From Candidatus Obscuribacterales bacterium (GTDB lineage Bacteria; Cyanobacteriota; Vampirovibrionia; Obscuribacterales; Obscuribacteraceae): a DNA stretch of 64,000 bases. Both the position numbers and the translations under genes were made by a program. The notes beneath the pieces are model-generated. The model worked only from the letters and a program-made list of their open reading frames with translations, ran no database searches and was not told the DNA's origin. Positions 57,904 through 64,000 of the stretch are shown here, one piece after another (positions within the stretch are counted from its first letter, which is position 1; each line of letters begins with the position of its first letter). The stretch spans positions 1,472,001 through 1,536,000 of the forward strand of contig CBDDIJ010000002.1 in NCBI GenBank assembly GCA_965228855.1. Reading direction: 5' to 3'.

Positions 57904-60789
57904 ATGCGCTTATCCTGGCTCTGTCCGCCTTCGCGAAGCGTTCGCGGTTTCTGTTTCGAGCACAGACTGATACCATGGAATAGGTCGCGGGTCGCAGTTG
58001 CGGCGGGTTTCGAAGTGAGCGGCAACGATACTACAAATTTTGACAACGACACGAGCGGCAATCACGGCGTTCCGTTTGATACGTCGCCGGACCTATCCGG
58101 TGACCAGGGGCGCTTTCGGGGACCTCACCCTGAGGACACGATGCAGGACTCCACGCGAAGTCGCGGGTTTCAGCCTCTGGGGCACGGTACGGATGCAACT
58201 CAGAAAGATATTCCGGACGAGACGCAGCAGGAATTTCATTCACCGAGTGATGGGGAAACTCAACGCGACTATTCCGCAGATAGAACCGAGCAGGACATTC
58301 GCAATCAGAAAACAGCCGATCACGGTGGACAGAAAACCGATCAGGACATTGGGGCTGGTCAGCAGAAGGTTTGGGCCGACCCATTTCAAAACACGCAACC
58401 AACTGATTGGGAGCCGCTTGACGGTTCGAAATCGACGGCAGGAGAACCAAGTGCATCGCCACTTAAACACTCGCGTTCGTCGGCTTCACAGCCACCACCA
58501 TCTCAACAAATCGGACCGATAGGTCGTTTTCGAATCGGCGATATGTTCGCAAATAAATACGAGATAACCGGACACATCGGACAGGGCGGCATGGGAACAG
58601 TCTACAAGGCACTCGACCTTGTGCTTGGCCGCTCGGTCGCGATCAAGTTTTTGAAAACGAAGAGCATCATCGATAAAACAGTAGTTTCACGCTTCCAGCA
58701 AGAAGCAGTCGCTATCGCCAGTTTAGATCATCACAATATTATTCGCGTTCACGAGATGTCGGTGACTTCGGATGGTGATCCGTTTTTTGTCTTGGAGTAC
58801 ATCCAGGGAAATTCGCTTTCAAACGAGATCCGCGGTTTAAAGAGTCTTCCGCTAGAACGTGCGCTTGCAATCGCCGAGCAAATTTGTGATGCGCTACAGC
58901 ACGCGCACGATCATGGAGTGGTGCATCGTGACTTAAAGCCAAGCAACCTCATGCTCGTGAAACACGGCGAAGTGGAAGTCGTGAAGTTGTTGGATTTTGG
59001 AATAGCCAAGCTCAATCCAATGGATGAGGAAACACTTCTGCGTTTAACCAAAACAGGTGAACTCTTCGGAAGCCCACACTACATGAGCCCGGAGCAATGC
59101 AGTGGAGAAACCGTGGACGCACCGAGCGACATTTACTCTCTCGGAATCGTGCTTTTCGAGATGTTGACAGGTAAACCACCATTCTCTGGTAATAGTCCAT
59201 TCGCCACGATAGAGATGCATAAACTTGCAGCAACACCATCGATCGTCGGCTCAATTGATGAAGGTAGTGCGAAACTTCTTGATCCCATTCTCGCTAAAAT
59301 GATGGCGAAAAATCCGTCGGATCGCTACGAGAAACCAGCAGACGTAAAAGCTGAACTGCAATCATTGGGTCGCGCACTATTCGCGCCCGCAACGCAGGTC
59401 AGTATACAGTTGCCAGTCGACGATGGTTATGAGAAACGGAAGAAGAATTTAGCCTTGATCACGCTCGGAGTTGTTGCTGTTCTCGGATCTGGAGCCGCGA
59501 TAGGTTTGTCTCTTGGTTGGAATGTCGCACCGCCCGTAGTGGCGGCGAAAGTAGATAAAACTCCCTGGTCTAGCTATGATTACAAAGGTCAGCGGATGTT
59601 TGACGTTGGCAATTACAAGGATGCATCCGAGTATTTTCACAAGGCGCACGAGAGGGCATTGACAGTCTCCGAGCCGCGTCGATCCATTCTTGTAGACCGA
59701 AGTCTGCGAGAACTGCGAATGATCAGTTCGGTTCTTAAGGATAAAGCGGGTGTAGAATCGGCGAACAAGCTTTTGCTCAACCTTACGCTCCAAGAAAAAG
59801 TTACTTCGACCGACTTCTCGGAACTTCAGCGGGCGGTGGCTTCCGCTATCCACGCTGAAGACAGTAGTGAACTTCAAACGCAGCTAGATCTGCTTCACCG
59901 CGCATTACCAAAACTCAGAGCGCAAGGGATAGATGTTCTCCAGTATTTGTCATCGCTGGAAAAGAAACTGATTCTGTCGGAACGTCTTCAACTGTCCCTC
60001 GTTTATGTCCAGCTTCTATCGGCAGCCGTGCAAATTGAAAACGAGAATGATGACCTACCGCAGCTTGCAAGCATAATTGACGCAGCCTCCAAGTTTGAAG
60101 GCCGACTTTCGCCGACTCAAGCCTATCTGGCAGGCGATTTGAGCATGCGAGTGCGGGGCTCTAGCAATCTCACAGAGCACTTATTGCAGTACGCGTATGA
60201 TTACGGTGACCAACTAGTTCAAAGTAAAGCTGTTTTAGTCCAAGCTCGGTTGTATTTTGAGACAGGCCGCAAAACAGCCGCGATCAATAGATTGAGCGCT
60301 GAGTTAGGTCAGTTAGAAAAACGCAGTACCACCGAATTTGCGTGGTTGTACGTAATTTTGCTGGACCTTTCGTCCATGCTCGCGCATAACGCAGAGGCAG
60401 AAAAGGCCTTGCCGCTTTTGATAAGAGCAAGGTCCATTGCGCAGTACGAACTTGACGATTTTCGATTCTATAGCGGGGGCAGCTCTAAAGATTTGATCGA
60501 TTACAGACTCGTAAACTTGTACACCGATTTGAATGACTTCGATTCGGCGATTGACCTTCTAGACTCGATGGCGGGTTCTATAAGTGATGCCGAGGCCGGT
60601 GATTTACAGAAAGTCCGATGGTATGCCAAGTATGGACGTGTGCTTTGTAAGCAACGCCGCTTCGATCAGGCAATAAAGCGTTTGAAACAAGCAGAAGAAT
60701 TAATAGCAAAGCAGAAGCAACCCAATGGAGAGATGCGTTTTATTTCTCAGCAGGTTTCCGAGGACTTAGCTCTGATTGCTTCGCATTAG
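57904..60789 (+). CDS. Hanks-type Ser/Thr protein kinase with TM helix and C-terminal TPR-like helical region
   Basis: 'IGQGGMGTVY', 'VAIK', 'HRDLKPSN', 'DFG' and 'GSPHYMSPE'; TM 'LALITLGVVAVLGSGAAIGLSL'. The true start is probably downstream (e.g. GTG 58015). Confidence 0.92.
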   Translation: MRLSWLCPPSRSVRGFCFEHRLIPWNRSRVAVAAGFEVSGNDTTNFDNDTSGNHGVPFDTSPDLSGDQGRFRGPHPEDTMQDSTRSRGFQPLGHGTDATQKDIPDETQQEFHSPSDGETQRDYSADRTEQDIRNQKTADHGGQKTDQDIGAGQQKVWADPFQNTQPTDWEPLDGSKSTAGEPSASPLKHSRSSASQPPPSQQIGPIGRFRIGDMFANKYEITGHIGQGGMGTVYKALDLVLGRSVAIKFLKTKSIIDKTVVSRFQQEAVAIASLDHHNIIRVHEMSVTSDGDPFFVLEYIQGNSLSNEIRGLKSLPLERALAIAEQICDALQHAHDHGVVHRDLKPSNLMLVKHGEVEVVKLLDFGIAKLNPMDEETLLRLTKTGELFGSPHYMSPEQCSGETVDAPSDIYSLGIVLFEMLTGKPPFSGNSPFATIEMHKLAATPSIVGSIDEGSAKLLDPILAKMMAKNPSDRYEKPADVKAELQSLGRALFAPATQVSIQLPVDDGYEKRKKNLALITLGVVAVLGSGAAIGLSLGWNVAPPVVAAKVDKTPWSSYDYKGQRMFDVGNYKDASEYFHKAHERALTVSEPRRSILVDRSLRELRMISSVLKDKAGVESANKLLLNLTLQEKVTSTDFSELQRAVASAIHAEDSSELQTQLDLLHRALPKLRAQGIDVLQYLSSLEKKLILSERLQLSLVYVQLLSAAVQIENENDDLPQLASIIDAASKFEGRLSPTQAYLAGDLSMRVRGSSNLTEHLLQYAYDYGDQLVQSKAVLVQARLYFETGRKTAAINRLSAELGQLEKRSTTEFAWLYVILLDLSSMLAHNAEAEKALPLLIRARSIAQYELDDFRFYSGGSSKDLIDYRLVNLYTDLNDFDSAIDLLDSMAGSISDAEAGDLQKVRWYAKYGRVLCKQRRFDQAIKRLKQAEELIAKQKQPNGEMRFISQQVSEDLALIASH

Positions 60790-60803
60790 TGAGCCACGTT
60801 TGA

Positions 60804-63800
60804 TTAATTTCCGGCGGTCAGCTCAACACCGCCATTAAATAGCACTGAGCCTTTTTTTCCGCCATTTGTAATCTCGATATTCGCGTTGTTCGCAGTGAAG
60901 GTGTTGGTTGGCTGAGCGTCCGAAGGCGGTTTTCCGTAGGTAAGAATTTCACCGTTGCCGTTTTCTACCCGAACTGTGTATAGGGGTACCCAGTCGAATA
61001 TCCTATATCCACCTTGAAGAGTTGGCGTAGGCACGACACCTCGACGTCCCTGTAGGCCTGGACGAGGCACACCTTTGAATGCTTTCTGATCTAAGTTTAT
61101 GGAGATAATTCCGACACCCCCGGGACCCGGAGTTCCAGCGGCAGTTGTACGCATTCCACTATTCAGATCTAGGATTAACGTTGGTTTCAAATTGTTTTTG
61201 CTTCCATTGGTGACTTCGATTGCTGTGTTGGCGATTATGTCGGCGTTATCATCCAGAAGGAAATTACCGCCTTGGTTTTGAAGTCGAACGGCTCCGTTGG
61301 TAGAGGTGATTGTGCCTTCCACTGTCAGCTTGCTGTTCGTATAGAGATTCAGAGTGGATACAACCGTTGAAGTGTTTAACTTTAAATCCGTAGACATTTG
61401 TCTAACAAGGTTTACCGAAGCACCTGCGTTCAAAATTAAGTCGGTTGTGCCGTTAGGATTTTTCTTCGCGATTGATTTTGTGAAAGGCTTGTTGAAGCCT
61501 TGAATGACGAACTCTTGACCAACATCTCCGATGTTGCCAGCCGCTGCGGTCAGGTCAATTGTGGCGTCAACCTTTGTCATGAACAACGTCGAGGTTGGCT
61601 CAAAGCCGTCGTACGCTTGGACGATACTTTGACCCGCTGCTAGCGTGACGTCGCCTCCGACTCGGGTGACACCACCAGCGAAACCAATCGAAGCATTCGA
61701 AGTGACCGCACTGCCGATTAACAATCCGCCAGCAGCGCGGGTTCCATCAGCATTGTAAGTGACGGAAGGTCCGCCGGTGATCGTGGGCTGCGATGTCGAT
61801 ACGAACAGGTTGCCACCGCCACCGGTGCCGCCTGATGTATTCATTGCTCCGATTTGAATTGCGGTACCAAGTGCAACGCTATCTACTCCACCGCCGATCA
61901 TTGTGATGTTGCCGTTTGTTCCAGTGCCTGCTCCGCTTGTTACGATCGTAGCGTCGTTGGCGTCAATTCTTCCGGACGTCGGGCTGGTTCCTTTGAAAGC
62001 GTATAGGTTTACGTTGCCACCGTTGCCCTGAGTACCGGTGGGATTGGTGAGTACCGAGCCGGTGCCTAACGTAATAGAGCCTCCATTTGTTGAGGCACCG
62101 TCCAGGGTGACGGATGCTCCTGTTGATCCAGGCAAGTTAGTGCCTGTGCCGGGAGTCGTAATATTGGCACCCGCGATCATCGTGACGTCATAACCTTGGG
62201 TTCCGTTTCTTGCTTCGACCGAGAATCCATTAATTCCGATGATATTGCCCGTGCTGATGAATACGATGTCTTCTGCAAAAGTTACAGTGCCGCTGATAGA
62301 TATTTGGCTTCCATTGTTGTAGAAAGTCGGGTCCCCGGTGAAGCATGTGTCGCCGATTTGAAGGTTATCCGTGGCTGTGCTTACGTGACCTGCCGAACCC
62401 GTCTGCGAGAGCAATCCGGTCAATTGATTGACGACCACTTCGTTTGTTGCATTGCCGGCGAAGAGGTTCACTTCCTTCGACAACAAGTCACCGCCTGTGA
62501 TGTTGTTGTTGAAAGTGCCCTTGTAGTCTGCGTTGCGAACATTGATGGCGCCGTTCAGTGCGGAGATAGTACCGTTTGTGTTGTTGACGTTGATTGCGAG
62601 TGTTGGCGATCCGTTGATGCTGACGGCACCGTTCACGGCGGTGATGGTTCTGCTATTGTTCACGTTGTTGGCAGTGATGAACACGGAGTCTTGAGCGGAA
62701 ATCGTTCCAGAGTTGGTGAGTGTGGAGCCAACTTGTGGCGATGTATTCGAAACGGTAGGCACCAATTGCGATACCAGAGTCAAATTTCCGCTCGATTCGA
62801 TCGTTCCTAGGTTTGTTAGTTGACCGCGAGCGTTCAGTTCCAAATCAACCTTTGAAGCGTACGAGCCGCCCAATAGATTGCTTGGGAGGACGGAAGAAAT
62901 CAACGCACCCGACTGATTCGTGATGTCATCTGCGCGAATCGCTCCGCCGCGGGCGCTGTTCGTGCTGGAGACCGCGTAGATCGAACCGTAGTTGTTGAGA
63001 TCGCCTTTCAAAATGAAATTCGAGTTCTTTCCAAAGTCACCGTATGTGGTGACTCCGGATGCGACGGTCAAATTCGCCGCACGCATTGGATCATTGTTGC
63101 CGGTAATTGCTGTGAGATCTAAACTGCCACCACGTGCGATACCGCTTCCGTCGATGACTAATTTTTGTCCATTGCCGAATAGCGCTTGCTTGATTGCGAT
63201 GTACTCTGCCGCAGTGACTTTGGAGCCGGCGCTGTATGTTTCAGTTTGTCCACCAACTGTGATTTCAACTGAAGAATTTATGCTGCTAAACAGGTTAGTT
63301 CCAAGAACGATGTTGCGATCCGCTGAAGTGAGATCAAGGTCGACGCCGCTGTTTAGGCGGACAAGATTTGTGCCGATTTGCTGAACACCGATGCGGTCAA
63401 GCTTGGCTTGGAGCCCGCGTTTTATGACGTCGTTGTTCTGAAGTTCCGCATGGCGAATGATTGCGGCTTCGAGGCGTTGTTGTTTCAGTTCCATTCTTGG
63501 TGGAAGCGAAGCGCCAGTCGCGGAGCGGGCATTGTATGTGTTTTTAAATAATTCGCGGGCTTCGCGACGAGTGAGGTCTGTGTGGATCTCGCGAAACTCT
63601 CTCATAGAGGGGCGGTCTTCGGGTGCGGCGATTGCTGTTTGAGCCGCGGAGATAAAGAGCGTGCCACAGACAAGAGCGGACGTTCGTCTGATGGCTGTGC
63701 GCCAATCCTGCTGCCGTATGGATTCCGATGATTTCTTCCCCGAACCTGATTTCATGATCCACCTCTGGAGTGCGTTGTCGCGTGTAAGAATTCCCTGCGG

Positions 63801-63875
63801 ATGCATCCCACTCTGCCAGGATTGCTGAGTGATTCCGCGAAGGTTAGTTGAAAGTGATACCAGTAAAGCTACCAA
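60804..63875 (-). CDS. Large secreted G/N/T-rich beta-helix (filamentous haemagglutinin-like) protein
   Basis: Signal-like 'ALVCGTLFISAAQTAIA'; repeats such as 'LTNLGTIESSGNLTL', 'LTNSGTISA' and 'GNGGNVNL'. ATG at 63755 is a likelier start. Confidence 0.75.
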   Translation of the reverse strand: MVALLVSLSTNLRGITQQSWQSGMHPQGILTRDNALQRWIMKSGSGKKSSESIRQQDWRTAIRRTSALVCGTLFISAAQTAIAAPEDRPSMREFREIHTDLTRREARELFKNTYNARSATGASLPPRMELKQQRLEAAIIRHAELQNNDVIKRGLQAKLDRIGVQQIGTNLVRLNSGVDLDLTSADRNIVLGTNLFSSINSSVEITVGGQTETYSAGSKVTAAEYIAIKQALFGNGQKLVIDGSGIARGGSLDLTAITGNNDPMRAANLTVASGVTTYGDFGKNSNFILKGDLNNYGSIYAVSSTNSARGGAIRADDITNQSGALISSVLPSNLLGGSYASKVDLELNARGQLTNLGTIESSGNLTLVSQLVPTVSNTSPQVGSTLTNSGTISAQDSVFITANNVNNSRTITAVNGAVSINGSPTLAINVNNTNGTISALNGAINVRNADYKGTFNNNITGGDLLSKEVNLFAGNATNEVVVNQLTGLLSQTGSAGHVSTATDNLQIGDTCFTGDPTFYNNGSQISISGTVTFAEDIVFISTGNIIGINGFSVEARNGTQGYDVTMIAGANITTPGTGTNLPGSTGASVTLDGASTNGGSITLGTGSVLTNPTGTQGNGGNVNLYAFKGTSPTSGRIDANDATIVTSGAGTGTNGNITMIGGGVDSVALGTAIQIGAMNTSGGTGGGGNLFVSTSQPTITGGPSVTYNADGTRAAGGLLIGSAVTSNASIGFAGGVTRVGGDVTLAAGQSIVQAYDGFEPTSTLFMTKVDATIDLTAAAGNIGDVGQEFVIQGFNKPFTKSIAKKNPNGTTDLILNAGASVNLVRQMSTDLKLNTSTVVSTLNLYTNSKLTVEGTITSTNGAVRLQNQGGNFLLDDNADIIANTAIEVTNGSKNNLKPTLILDLNSGMRTTAAGTPGPGGVGIISINLDQKAFKGVPRPGLQGRRGVVPTPTLQGGYRIFDWVPLYTVRVENGNGEILTYGKPPSDAQPTNTFTANNANIEITNGGKKGSVLFNGGVELTAGN

Positions 63876-64000
63876 ATTCTACAGCATGCTTCGTGTGTTG
63901 TCGGATAGATTCAATATTTCTAGGAAGCCTTACGCGTGTGGTACCGAAATGAAATGTCAAGTGGGCGGCTGGTTCGATAACAGTTTCGCTTTGTTCTGCA

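Overview
A gene-dense bacterial chromosome segment. The gene mix (cyanobacterium-like rpsU, HerA-type ATPase and NTF2-like protein, plus many TPR, MshEN and Ser/Thr-kinase proteins, with no photosynthesis genes) suggests a non-photosynthetic cyanobacterial relative such as Vampirovibrionia/Melainabacteria; this is an inference. Most of it is housekeeping or signalling: HelY-type helicase 3' end, cmk, SOD, SWIM-SNF2, kdsC, mglA, amrS, rpsU (missing from the ORF track), an EF-G paralogue, aspS, yifB/comM, queD, lysC, murA, tRNA-Leu(GAG), rluD and lspA. I saw no integrase, transposase, phage or cas genes. The most unusual stretch is the ~2.1 kb interval 16092-18256, which has no convincing gene. 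It holds about 12.4 near-identical 102-bp tandem units with two hairpins each and no spacers, a 10-bp minisatellite and a candidate promoter-to-terminator small RNA, all upstream of a stand-alone protein with four MshEN-like modules. Other highlights: a SelW/Rdx selenoprotein with an in-frame UGA and a SECIS-like hairpin; a truncated KdpD plus KdpE with 11-bp-phased boxes in front of an APC-type transporter instead of kdpFABC; MglA paired with a DUF4388-degenerate GGDEF protein; and a Ser/Thr kinase whose N-terminal tail carries repeated T-x-x-D motifs.
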